Made by a program: the position numbers and the translations under genes. DNA of 64,000 bases from Anolis carolinensis (lineage: Eukaryota), in contig NW_026943824.1 in assembly GCF_035594765.1 (NCBI RefSeq), forward strand, positions 8,875,451 to 8,939,450, written 5' to 3'. This document shows positions 1 through 13,400 of the stretch, in pieces. A model generated the notes under the pieces. That model ran no database searches. It was not told where the DNA came from and saw only the letters and a program-made list of their open reading frames with translations. Each line of letters starts with the position of its first letter. The stretch's first letter is position 1.

Positions 1-31
1 AGAGCTCCAGGAAAGAGAAAGATCTCTCAAC

Positions 32-240
32 GGGTTGCTGTGAGTCTTTTGAGCTGTATGGCCATATTCCTGAAGTTTTCTCTCTTGGCATTTCGCCCAC
101 ATCTGTGGCAGGCATCCTCAGAGGTTGGGAAGTATGCCTGCCACAGATGTGGGCGAAAAGTCAAAAAAGAAAATTTCTGGAACATGGCCATACAGCCCAA
201 AAGACTCACAGCAGCCCAATGATTCTGGCCATGAAAGACT
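32..240. mobile_element. Penelope-like fold-back element
   Basis: Inverted arms of about 85 bp around a short loop; same family near 14390, 22943, 38838, 40446 and 54417. Confidence 0.7.
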
Positions 241-364
241 TCAAGGACTCCATGGAACTATCTGCAATACATCTTTGGAGGAAGACATTTTTATCATAAA
301 AGGTCCTGGCGACTACAATTAGCGCTCAGCCTTTCCCCCACCTGGGACAGAGAAACGAACATTA

Positions 365-370
365 TTTATT
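365..370 (-). terminator. Candidate MOSMO polyadenylation signal (AATAAA), implying a 3' UTR of about 2.4 kb
   Basis: TTTATT on the plus strand at the end of a long stretch without recognisable transposons downstream of the stop; not confirmed. Confidence 0.35.
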
Positions 371-2754
371 GGCATAAGCATCCATGATTAAGTATCAGTC
401 CCTGGAGTGCAATTTTCTCATCTCAGCTCAAGGTTTCAAGGTTCTTCTGAGCCCTTTCCATTTACAAGACCCAGTTTCTCCACATGATGTATTTTTGCAA
501 AGCACATTTCCAAATTGAAGATAAGCAAGTCTGGACAGGGGCATATTTTAGGAAAACACATTAGACTTCACAAGGGTTTTTTTTTTTGTAAGAATTCATC
601 AGCCAGCTGAGTGAACCAATTGGACTTCAAACACTCAAAAAACAAAAAGCAGTTACATATTCGGGGTGTGTCATGTCAATCATTCATACAGTTGACAGAG
701 AAGACAGTTTGATAACATGAAGTGAATCCCTTGCAACAACTGGGAAAGTTTACATGATTTTTCATTTAGCATTTGGAACTTATTCTACCACAGAGAGCCC
801 CACATTTTGCTACACATTTTCCATACAACTAGCCAAGAATGCTGTCTAATCCAAAGTAAATCCAACATTCTTCTGCTGAGATGATGGCGTATCTCAACAC
901 ACACATATAATATTTGTGCAGATGTTAGCTCTTTCCTTAGGGAGGGAGCACCACAGCATGTTATAATGCAAGTATATATCAATATTCCCCTAACAATTTG
1001 TAGTGACTTCTACTGTAGTTGTTGCTGTAAGAAATTGACTTCAAAGCTATCCCGTGGCCCCAATCTCTCTCGGATCACTAGTTCAAAAGAAATAAGCATT
1101 TGATACTGAACTGGATAGAGTTGGTATCAGGCATTTACCAATGCAATCTGCCTTAGCAGGAGGTCAAAACACATTGCCTATGACCAATGATGTGTCAAGA
1201 AAGAACTATTAATGTTGACAGGTTGGTAAGTAGTGTTACTCAGGACACTGACAAGAGGCAGTTGCTCAAATGTCCCTTTCTGGCCACTGTAGGCCAGCTG
1301 TCACCTTTGGTAGAATACTAAACACTCCCTTGACACAACTGCGAATTGCCCTGCAGCCGAGTGGAGTGAGCAAGATTAGCTTGCGAGAAGACATGGGTGG
1401 GAACACAATTTTTGTGCATTATGAAGGACCCAAACAGAACATCAATTCATCATCTTGTTCTTTTTGATCTGAACACGAAAGTATGTTCCTATGTTTCAGC
1501 CAACATGAATATAACAAGTAAAGACAACGGGGTGTGGGGAGAGATACCCACCTCCAGAACGTAACAGTTGCCCATAATTTAAGTAGTGTAATTTCCCGTT
1601 ACGAGGTTGGGACTGTTAAAGAGCATGACATGATTTCACCTTCTATTCCCAATATACAAATAAATTACCATACAAAGAAAAACAAATGAACCGTCTTAGC
1701 TTAACTTAAAATTGCACCTAGGAAGGCGTGGAGTTGTTGTACCTATTACAAAAAAACCAGTTAAAACCAAGGGCTGCTACAAAGAATGAGGTAAACTGAA
1801 GACTTCCCCAGCTATGCAGCCTTCAGATAAATGGCTTTGTTTTCTCCCCCCCCCTTTTTTTTTTTTCCTTATCCAGTTCTAGGTTTTTCACACCACAGTG
1901 TTTTGCTAGTGAAGCTCCCAAGAATACTCTTTAAGGAACTTGTGTATGTTTGCGTGTGTGTGTGTATCTGTCTTGTCTGTCTGTCTGTTTGTGTCTCTAT
2001 ATATATACATATATATGTATACACATTCTGCATACTGCATCAGCAAAATATATATATATATTTATATAAATATAAGGAAAAATTCCCAGCCACCTTCCCT
2101 CCCCGCCCCACAAAGTTCCTTGGTGTTTGTACAGATTGCAGGGTTGGGGTCAGTGGCAGATGAGCGTTTTGTTGTAACCAGTTTCCAAGAATACCTTTTG
2201 ATCTATTGGCTTCAGGGTGTAGTTAGTGTAACATTGATCTCTTCGCTTGTTTTGTTTTTGATGGCAAACACTTCTTGCCTCCTACAGAAAGAAGACTCTA
2301 ATCTCCTAAAGAGAGTGAGGCCAGCCCCACTTCCAACTCCCTTGGCAAACCTCTGGTCAACCAAAGTCCATAAATACTTTTTGAGATTTTCAAAATTGTC
2401 ATATTTTCTTTTCAGGGTACAGTACAGCGATGTGGAGAGGGGCGACGGCACAATAACGCTGCTCGGTTATGTAGAAAATAAATTCTCCTCCTACGCGAGT
2501 TCCTATCACAGTGCACACTTGACCGCATCCAGATGCTCAGGAGATGAGTCAAGATTGTCTGTATTTGGTTATGGGAAAGGCTCTCCATTGTAAAAATAAA
2601 ATAAAAATCTTAAAAAAATCCAAAGTGCATAGTGAAAACAGAGACCTCCTCCTTCTGGTTAGGTGGGCAACAGCCCGACACTGGCATCCTCCCGAGAATG
2701 CGTAGGGCGTCCTACTCTCCTTCATGACTGAACGGTGCAGCAGCTAGATGTTCG

Positions 2755-2939
2755 TCAGCCCGGTAAACATACTTTGCCAGCAAATAGAAGTCCCACTATT
2801 GTAAAGAAAATGGATAAAACAAACAGTACGTAAGAGGAACCAACGACTGTGTTGTTCGGCAGTTTATAAGGTTGGCCTCCCACTTCATTGATGTAAAATC
2901 CTATGGGGAAAATTAGGGCTGCCATGCAGAATAGGACCA
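2755..2939 (-). CDS. MOSMO: MOSMO exon 3 (last coding exon)
   Basis: Acceptor AG at 2941-2940; [27 protein letters not shown]...CLPG; TGA at 2757-2755. Confidence 0.96.
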
Positions 2940-4397
2940 CTGTGAGGAAAAGACAGAGAGAGAGAGAGAGAAAAGAAACAGGTTAATGAAATCCAAGGAG
3001 ATGAGGCAGGGTGACAATTTACAGCACCAAAACCACACAGTCTTTGGGACTTTCACTCCATCCCGGATTACAAAAGTACCTGGGGACCACACTAAGTCGT
3101 AGCCTGCCTTTCCTTTTATATGCCCAGTCCACTTTAATAATTTTTTTCTGAAGTAAGTTTTAATCAGACTTATACATAAACAACAAATTACAAGATTTTT
3201 ATTATTTTTAGACTGCTGGGGTCTTTGCTATTTTGTCATACAATGTTTTAAAAATTTATATGAACTTTTATTCTTTCAATGAGCAGAGAAGTTAGAGATG
3301 CACAATTGTGTGGACCAAAAAAGCCCCCCTGCATTAATAGTCTGAAACAAACTTGGAGGCTCATGGTTTCGCATGCAATAAATGGCAAGTGACTATAACC
3401 ACTGAACACCTGCCCAAAAGAGATAGCATTCCCATTCAAATTTGAAATGTAACAAAAAGGCTTAATTCGCTTTATTAGGACTCAGTTAAACCATACCACT
3501 AGAGGGAGCTTAAAGCTTTCCATTTATGCAATACTAGAGGAATGATGCTAATGGGGAAAAGGATGCATTTAAAACAGTGGTTCCCAACCTTTGGGCCTTC
3601 AGGTGTTTTGGACTTCAGCTCCCACAGTTCTTAACAGTTGGTAAGTTGGCTGTGATTTCTGGGAGTTGAAGTCCAAAACACCTGGAGGCCCAAAGGTTGG
3701 GATAATAATAAATAAAACTTTATTTATATACCGCTCTATCTCCCCAAAGGGACTCAGGGCGGTTTCCAACATAGGTAAAAAAGTCTATTACCAGTACAAA
3801 ACATATAACACAACCATAATAAACATTGACATAATTACTGTGACCACTGGGAACCACTTATTTAAAACATCAAGGGGTACTTTACCAAAGTCCCTAATCT
3901 AAACAGCTTCCAGCTTTGCCATCTGTAAAGCGACTGCACAATTGTATTTGTTGTTCACATTGGCAGATTTTTAAGTGGCAAGGGCAGTGAAATATCATTC
4001 TTGGCTCTCTGCATCTAAATTTAGTGCAACTTTATCATTAGTATCGAATGCATGCTGGGTCTCCACATGCATGCAGAGTGAGGTGAACGAGGGTGATAAA
4101 ATGGATTGAGTACTTCAAAAGAGAAGTGGTAGATATCAGTTTTGATTATTCTTCTATGTTGAAAGAAACCTAACTCCTTGCACAGAAAAAAACACTACAT
4201 CCAAAAAATAAAGGAGCCTCTCTCAGAACACAGCAGGCAAGCTTCCTTGTGAGAGAGGCTCATTCATCTGCAGCCTAAAGTGGTGTGGTCTATTCTTCCA
4301 CTTTACTCCACAGCATGGCAAAACCAGGCTTTTATTTGCCTACACTACCAACAGAATTTTATTTTGGGATGTGCAGCAGCTCAGAGCAGAGAAGTCC

Positions 4398-4459
<62 letters not shown>

Positions 4460-7400
4460 TTATATTCCATCCTGTCTCCCTGAGGGGACTCAGGATGGTC
4501 TACAACAGATATCGGCAAACCTTCCCCTCGATTCCTCAAAATCTAAAATGGGACAAAGTCACTGGTGTAAACCAAAAACGGTAAAATTCTACTTTGTCCA
4601 GCCACTTTTTCCACATAGAATTACATCACCTTCCTCTTAACAACATCAAGGGTTGCCCTGTTGGATCTAGTTTAGGATCCTGTACCCAAAAGAATAGGAT
4701 ATAGAAGGGATGAAGATTTTTGGTCTTCTTGGTGTTTTCGAGAAGACCTTCAACTCTACTGTTGTTGGCCATGCTGGGAATAGCTGCTGAAAGCTGCAGG
4801 CAAAAACATCTAGAAGGAGAAAATGTCTCCACCCCTGGAATACAGAAGCTGACTTATGCCAGATCACACTGTTAAGTCTATTTAGTTAGTCCATCTACTG
4901 ACTGGCAAAGGTTCTTCAACTCTTGGGTGGAGGGTTTTACTCCATCATCTGCTACTTAAAAGTAACTGGATATTTCAGAACTTTGTGTGCTACTACATAC
5001 TCCTGGGAACCAATATTCTTCCCAGAAGCTAGCAAGACCACTGCTAGGCTATGTGGCAGAAACTCTTCCCTGCTATTTCCATTAGCCTCTCCCCCAGCAT
5101 CCAGAATTGGAAGGTAGAAGTCCTATTTAGCTTGCATGGTTGCGACTGCAAATGACTGCTACTGCTATTGTCACTGTCTGTAAACTAATGTCTGACTTTT
5201 AGAACAATTATTTTATTGCGTTATTAAGAAATATTCAGTTTACTTTGCTTATGACATATAAGAATAAAGAAAATAAAAATACTGTGCTTATGACAAACTA
5301 GCAGAATAGGGGTGTCCAGGCAGTGGTTTTTGACCTTTTGCAAAGACAGAAAATGCTAGCTTGGTTATCTGTCCTTCAGTAGATGAGAGGCGAGGATGAA
5401 CAGCCGGAATATAGATGCTTTCTGTACACAAAGAAGCTTCAGGCTCCCATGGGGAGAGAAGGATCTGAAAAGCTTGGAAGCAGCTCCAGACACTGCAGGG
5501 CAGGCAAGCATCCTCTTCTGCTGACATCCCAAAAGACAAGGTGACTCTGAAGTTTGGCCTGCATCCCATACCTATTCTGGAGTCACACAAGGGGACACTT
5601 ACTTCCAGTGAATGCTATCCAGCGTGCATATTTAGTTGCTTCTCTTCGCCAGTGGGAAGCCACTAGCAAGCCACATGTGACAGTCAGTGAAATGATGCCC
5701 ATGATGATGAAAAATAAGGTGGTGACCCACTCAGGAGGCAACCGAGGAGGGATACAGGTCCTGTCACGTCCATGAATGGTTTGACACTGTTGCACAAGGC
5801 CAACTGTGAGAGCACCTGAAATGACACACACAAGCCATTAATGGAGGTTTCAGGGAAAGCAGATCCTGACTGTGTCCATTTCTCTCCTCCTTTAGAAATG
5901 ACAATATTTAGAAGAATCCTGCTATATCAGAAGCAAAATTCAGTTTCAATTCAGAATTTTCTCTCCTCACAAAGACTTATTAGATGCCTACAAAGCAGGA
6001 CAATAAAGCCAACAGTACTCACCCACTACGGCTTCCTAGAAGTTAACATTCAGTAGCATGTGGCCTCTGAATCTGGAAATTATAATTAGCAGCCACTGCT
6101 TTAAACGTTGAGATCAGAGCATTCCAAACTGTGTGTCGTGACACTTTAGTGTGTTAGTAGCAATGTGCAGTGTGTCGTGTGAAGTAAAAAGAAAGCACTA
6201 TGTGAAATACGTAACAAATCATACATTTTAAAAAATATAAATGAAATATTTTCATGAGATATTCTGCATCTCTAAACATTTTGTTCTTACAATTTATGTA
6301 CGTGTCCGTGTTTCTTAAAAGGAGTTGGTTTAACCTCCAGTTTGCTAGTGAAACTGAAGTACTGTGTTGCAAAATGTCTAAAAAGTGTGTTACCAACATG
6401 AAATGTTTGGAAAGGTCTATTTTAGATAGTGAAGGAGACTTAATGTTTGCAGTAACTCAGTGATGTTCTCTGATGAGAGACGGGGTTTGTGGCTCTCTGT
6501 GTGTTGTTGCTACCTGCCATAACATGCATGACCAACAATCAGGAATGATATAAATCATAGTCCAAAAATATACAAAGAGTCACAGACTCCCTACCTCTTA
6601 CTCTCTCTCCTTAATTAAACCAAACCTGTATAATTCCTTATATCCAATTGGGAAAGGACAGAGTAGAGTAAGAGTTCAATTAAATGCATAATGCGCTGCT
6701 TGCCTTCTCATGTAGTACTAAACTAATGTTTGGTGGTTTGGCCTCACGCACACTCCCACCTCTGGCACAGTCAGAAGACTAAAAGTTTCCATATTATATT
6801 AACCACAATTCAGTATTATTTCCAAAAGTCAAGCTTATTAATCCTAATTTTGGTTAGTTCAAACCAATCAGCGTCAGTCTGAGGTTGACTTATTTAAAAT
6901 GCTATTCATTTAAAATGCAAATGAAAACTTCCCAATATCTTGCAGCCATTCCTACTGTAGAATGGAATGCGCAAAATCTCAAATCCAACATTGGTCCCAA
7001 ACACACATTCACACCCCAACTATAATCAATCATGAACAATTATAACTGTGGTGGCCTTGAGGAATGCATTTAACAATGAATCTAGACAACCCCTCAATAT
7101 CATATTGCTAAAAAAGCTTCATCTATTTTTCTTCAAGTCTCATATATATTTCCATGTGAGGAGTCTCTTGCCTGGTCAGCAGCTTCATTTATCCTTTGGG
7201 TGACAATGTAAAAATACACATAGCTTGTCTCATTTCTGCATGTAGCTCCTCCCACATCAACATGTGATAATACTTTCCTTATAATAATAATTGAGCAGGA
7301 CAGTGCTGGTCATAAAAGAAAAACTCAGAGAAACACTGATGAGATGATGCCCCTGCTAAAGAATTCATCTGAAGACAGGCAACTATGAGGATGTTCCAAG

Positions 7401-10400
7401 TTACGTGCAGCAGTGCCACATGTCTTCATATTATCCACAGTTCACAATTCGTTCCTTTAAAGAATGCATGTTTTGAATCAGTTTCTGAACATTTCCAACT
7501 ACATCGGAGAGATCCACAGATTGTGGCCAAATGAGAAAGATGGCTTATCACAGCTTTGAAAATTGCAGACAATCACAACTATTTCAATTGTTACACATGT
7601 CCTAATGGTTTGGCATAGTGTACAGCCCTCATTTTTCCAGGAAATTAGGGCAAGTTAATTAACAAAAGATGGCTGTGTGATGAATAATCTTCATATGCAA
7701 TGGAAGATTTGTACCACATTGGATCGATTCAGAAAAAAAAATAGATCAGTGTAACACGCCTTTGTGTATACAACACAAAATAAATACATAATCATGTGTT
7801 TCATATTAGTTAAAAGCAAAGGATTTGGGTTTGATTGAATTACAGTTATTGCATTTAAGAAACACATGATTAGATGCCTTGAAACTGTCTGTGATACAAC
7901 ATGTCCTTCAGTGCTGCAAGTTAAACAAATTATCATTTCTGCTATTTGTCTGATTTGCATCAGGATGCAAGCCTATAACTCTTTTCTTAATTTCTTTCCC
8001 GCTTGCTCTATGAAACATTTTCCCCAATGGTTGCTCTGGGGTGGGGCAAATGAGGATATCCACAAGTGCAGATCCAGAAAACAAAGAAGGAGATCTTTGT
8101 CCAGCAGGGAATGGAATATAACATTTGGGGCAAGAAGAGGTTCACACAGGGCGAGTACTCAAAACAGAAAGGGAGCAAGTTAACCACTGATTTGTTCTTT
8201 CCCCTCCTTCCCCATTCAAGCACAACCCTGCATGATCAGATCAGAAGACTATCTGCACAGTTTTCTGTTCACACAACGGTAGACTCGTTCGTTGCAGAAT
8301 TTTAGCCGTTCTTTGCTGTTTAAAGAAAGACTATACAAAATAAATGATGTAGTTAATCAGCTTAAGAAAGAACACTGAACTGGATTGTCAACCATGCCAT
8401 TTTAAATTGCTCAAATTTCCTTTCAATGCAATTAGAATAGACATCTTTATAATTTAAGCCTCTTAAATATAGAATAACTTGTGTCAGTTCAGAGGATTAT
8501 CAATGCAAAATCAAGGTGTTATTTCTAAAAGGGCAAAAATAATGGATATATACATACAGAGGCATACTCACATACATATATGTATACATACACACACATA
8601 TGTAAGGTATAAATGACCTAGAAGGGGGAAAGGAGGCTTCTTGGGATTTGATCTGGAGTAGAAACATAGTTGAGCTTTATATTTTGTGGTTTCCTAAGAG
8701 GAAACTAGTTTACTTTCCAAAGCCAAGCCACTGACCAAAGTGATGGCTGGTGTTTGTTCTGCAAGAGCCAAGTGGAAGCATCAGCATCTCTAGGGAATAT
8801 AGGTTCCAGATCAATGAATGCAGGGCTTTCTCACTCACACCCACCACTAAGACAGGCAAAGTCAGATTGCAAGTTTCAGACTGCTGCTATTTGACATAAT
8901 TCAGCAATGTCTGTTCAGCTGCAGAGTTAGAAGAAAGCTGACTCTAGCAAACACAAGAACCTTCCAGCCAGATTAAAGTCCATCTAGTCTATCAACCTGT
9001 AGGATTTTCTTCAGAGCTCAACAGTTGAGAACAGTGTTCCCATATGGTTTTCACCAACTGTATTTAGAGCAACAGCAGAAAGGATGCTGTGATTCAGTAT
9101 GGTGGCTTCAACCCTTATTACAGCTGCAAACTCCATATGCAACCTAAACTAAGGCACCGCCTCCCTTTCCAATACAGGGCTGCTGTAAAGATTATCAGGA
9201 TACTACGGTATACAGAGAACCACTCTGAACACTGAAGTTACTAAATAAATACAAAGTATCATTATTTTCATTATTTCATTAGGAGGTTCCATTAGTTACC
9301 ATGTGCTGCTGACAAACCATGAATTGTTTTCAGTCTTTTTTGCTACTGAATCCATCCACAAAAAGGTTTAGAAAATGCAATATGAGGTCCTTCTTATTTA
9401 AATCCCTTTCCTTCCTCCAAACTAAGAGATGCAAATGCTTTAGCCTTTTTTAAAATAGGGAACCTGATCCAACTTTTGACAGTGTCAAAAGCAAATTCTG
9501 TTTTCCATCATTCTTTTCTTCAGTTTCTCCATCTCTATAGTATAATACAAGTAAACAAATACAGTAGAGTCTCACTTATCCAAGCTAAACGGGCCGGCAG
9601 AAGCTTGGATAAGCGAATATCTTGGATAATAAGGAGGGATTAAGGAAAAGCCTATTAAACATCAAATTAGGTAATGATTTTACAAATTAAGCACCAAAAC
9701 ATCCTGTTATACAACAAATTTGACAGAAAAAGTAGTTCAATACGCAGTAATGTTATGCTATAATTACTGTATTTACGAATTTAGTACCAAAATATCACGA
9801 TATATTGAAAACATTGACTATAAAAATGGCCTGGATTATCCAGAGGCTTGGATAAGCGAGGCTTGGATAAGTGAGACTCTACTGTAAATGCAATGCTCTT
9901 TTTGAACATGGATCCATCACCCTCTGAGTTTTCACAAGACCACAAGGTGTACATTGCTCTTATATTTTAGGGAAGTTGCTAAACAGCACTCTCTCTTTCT
10001 CATACATCAATTAAAACAGAAGAAGCTCTACTAGCAATTCAGATCCTTTAAGGGCACAGATTTGGGCCAAGTGGAAATTCCTAGGTAGGAGACCGAAAGG
10101 GGTCTGTCTGGAGTTTTTGTACAGAGAATTTACTGCTGGAAGAGAATTTGCTCAAAAGGAAAATTTGAGGGATACCACTTACAGACATCACATTTTTGAC
10201 TACAAAAGTGAACCAAAATATTTGTCCAATTTTTTTCTCAAATTAATGCAAATTCTGACTATCTTAGCATTTTCAGTTTTCAAGATTATGAGAAGAATTA
10301 ACTGAAAGAACTCCCCTGTAATGGAAAAAAATAAAAAGGCCTGCAAACTATGTTACAAAGCATTTTCTTGTCATTTGCAGAGGGGAAAAAGGCCCATTTA

Positions 10401-13400
10401 TTGTACTCTTCTAGATCTCAGTACAGGAAAACCAGTCCATCGGAAGTCGGTAACTGACAATTCAACCTCTGTTTCAAGATGATTCTCAAAAGCAGACATT
10501 GTTCTGCCTACGATTTGATTGAGCAACTGTGTCAGAGCACAGCTCTTCTTCCCTCAAAAGAACCGGTTTCTTTGGGACTTGATGATTTCACAGTGTCAAA
10601 AGCACATTCTGTTTTCCACTGAAAAGAGAATAGGGATTTTGACAAGCTGTTCCACTGGGGATATCAAAAGGACGGCATGCTTATTTCCATGCAGTTACAC
10701 ATGTAGAGACCTATTGTCAATAATGTGGTCCCTGAGGGCCAAGCAGCGCTGTTACAGGTGACAATTTGCACGGAAGAATTAATCCAGCTTCGTTTGAAAG
10801 TCTCAAGTTGTAGCAACAGCGTTGTCCTTCTGCACAACCCACTCATCATTGCTAAAACTGGCAATGCTGATCAGCATCTCCCAGCCAGGGACTAGGAGAC
10901 CACTGTGATCTAAAAGAGCATTTCTGGATGGACAGATGCAGCAATAAACCCAACAAAGTCTTGGGGTTAAAGATAATGTGGTCCAGCATTTCTGTGTTCC
11001 CAAATAATATTTATTTATTTATTTATTTACATCATTTCTACCCCGCCTTTCTCACCCGAGGGGACTCAAGGCGGCTTACAATAATAGGCAAAGATTCAAT
11101 GCCTGACACAATACATTCACCAACAGTTCTGATAAATAAATAACATAACATAGTAAAATACATAATACAAAAGTTAAAAACATATCCATATGCTGTGTCC
11201 AGGTTGGTTCATCAAGTGCTCTGCAGTGGCTGATTTTTCTGGTTGAATTAGTCTGCAGTACATTAACCCAAACTCAGTTTTAAAGCATGAAAGAGAAGGA
11301 TAGTGGAAAAAACCAAGGATATTACAGCAGGTATACAAAAGGATATTAGAGGCAAAGATGAAGTACTTTGGCCACATAATGAGAAGACAAGAAAGCCTGG
11401 AGAAGACAATGATGCTGGGGAAAATGGAAGGAAAAAGAAGGACGGCTGACCCAGGGCAAGATGGATGGATGGTATCCTTGAAGTGACTGGCTTGATCTTG
11501 ATGGAGCTGGGGCTGGTGACAGCCAAATGGGAGCTCTGGCATGGGCTGGTCCATGAGGTCACGAAAAGTCGGAAGCGAATGAACAAATAAACAATAACAA
11601 AAAACAAAAAGAACAAGAAAGAAACCATACTGTCTACTCTCCCTAAGAAGGGAAGCAGGCAGATGTAAACTCTGCCCATTCAAGCCGTCAGGAGAGCCTG
11701 ATGAGAAATTAGGAGGAGAAAGAGAAGGAGAACCAAGCAGGACATCACACAACCAGACATTACATTTCTGGTTCATGTGGACAACACACACCATCCAAAT
11801 CAAACTTTTGTCATCAACCAATGGATTCCTTGTATTTTTGGAAATACAGTTCAAGACATACTATTTGAACCTGTTAATTCTAGGTACCACTTTGGAGATG
11901 ATGGCCATGGCTTAAAATGTTGCACTTGTTTGCCGCTACATTCTCACAGATGAATTAGAAATGGGAGGAGAAAATGAGACGACCCCTCTATTTTTCAGGG
12001 CAACATAATTCCGGGCAATTTAAAAGAATTTCAGCAAATCAGTGGGGAAAAATATTAGGCCGAGATAGAAGATAGTTCTGACAGTTAATAGTTCAGACTC
12101 CATCTCATCATCAACATGTCAGGCGAGCCTGGTTTCCTAGGTAACAAACAAGGAAGAGCATGCAATAAAAAGGAAGGAAAAACACAGACCGCGGCACTTG
12201 CTTCTTCCCCACTTAACACCTTTGAATTATTCAAAGTGTCTCAAGGCTGGGAGGATAGCATTAACTGTGTCACCCACCCACCATCCTACAAACAGATCAT
12301 TACGAACAATCTACAGCCCAGCAGAGAACAGACACACAGAGAAAAGCAAATTCCTTCTCCTCCTTACAAAAGTATCAGCCTGAGAGTAATAGGTTACACA
12401 TAATGCAGATCCCCTTGGAGATTCTTGGCACATCATCCATCTTAGAAAGGCACTAAGAAAGTGGAATACCTAAAAATAATTATTCATTATTTATAAATAA
12501 TTATTTATAAATAATTATTCAAAGCAAAGGACTTATCTTATACTTGGGTAATAAATAATACGCACTGAAAGAATGAAGAAGAAGGCAAGAATAGCCTGTC
12601 CACACTTTTATCTGACTGCAAGATTCCTGTTCTGACTAAATTCAGAGTAGATCTTAGAAAATCTGTTTAAAAAATAGCTGAAATATTAACTTAGTAATTG
12701 TTTTCATATTATGTGGCTTCATGAATTAATATGTCATTGATAACATGAGCAATGAAAATCCTTATTTCATTAGCTTGGTACTTTTTAAATAAAGAAGTCC
12801 CAGGCGGTCTACAAGGACCTCTTCCCTGAAAAACCTGCTCTGGCTTTAAATAGCTCCATATTATCCAATAACTAGGAGGAAATGGTGACAAAACAACAGC
12901 CAAAGAACAGGCTCAAAACCAACTGTGCTGCCAAAAATGTAACAAATGCGAGTGTCATTAAGCTAAAAATGAAGTACAAAGTTTCCTCCTCATTATTAAA
13001 AAAAACCACAACAAATTAAGACCAATGCTCCAAACATATTATTTCCATGCTCTGATTCATATATCACATGAAATCACGGTTTGTGGTAACCACAGTTTAT
13101 AACTCAAAACAACTTTTTTTTCTCCCCGCAGGGCTCTCTTTTCACAAGTTACCGCCATAATGCTACCACAGGGATTGTGGCAAATGTGCATGATAAAACA
13201 AACGTCTATCTAATAGAAAGTGAAGTATTTTCAAAATTGCAAATCCATTTTTAGTTCAAAACTGTGATCAGTTACACTTTGAAATCAGACACATTTAAAG
13301 GATGGCAATACATTACTTTCGATCACCAAAAACGGGGTGGGTCTGGACCTCTGTGAGACTGGAAAAAACGTATTGTGACTACAGGTGAGACAGAAGTAAA

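Noticed and set aside
27-322. Near-identical short ORFs on both strands
   Set aside because: Artefact of the palindromic Penelope-like element.
1940-2593. 217-aa plus-strand ORF
   Set aside because: Antisense to the MOSMO 3' UTR, non-ATG start, runs through GT/AT microsatellites, no recognisable domain.
11174-11854. 226-aa minus-strand ORF
   Set aside because: Largely the antisense of an RTE/BovB fragment.
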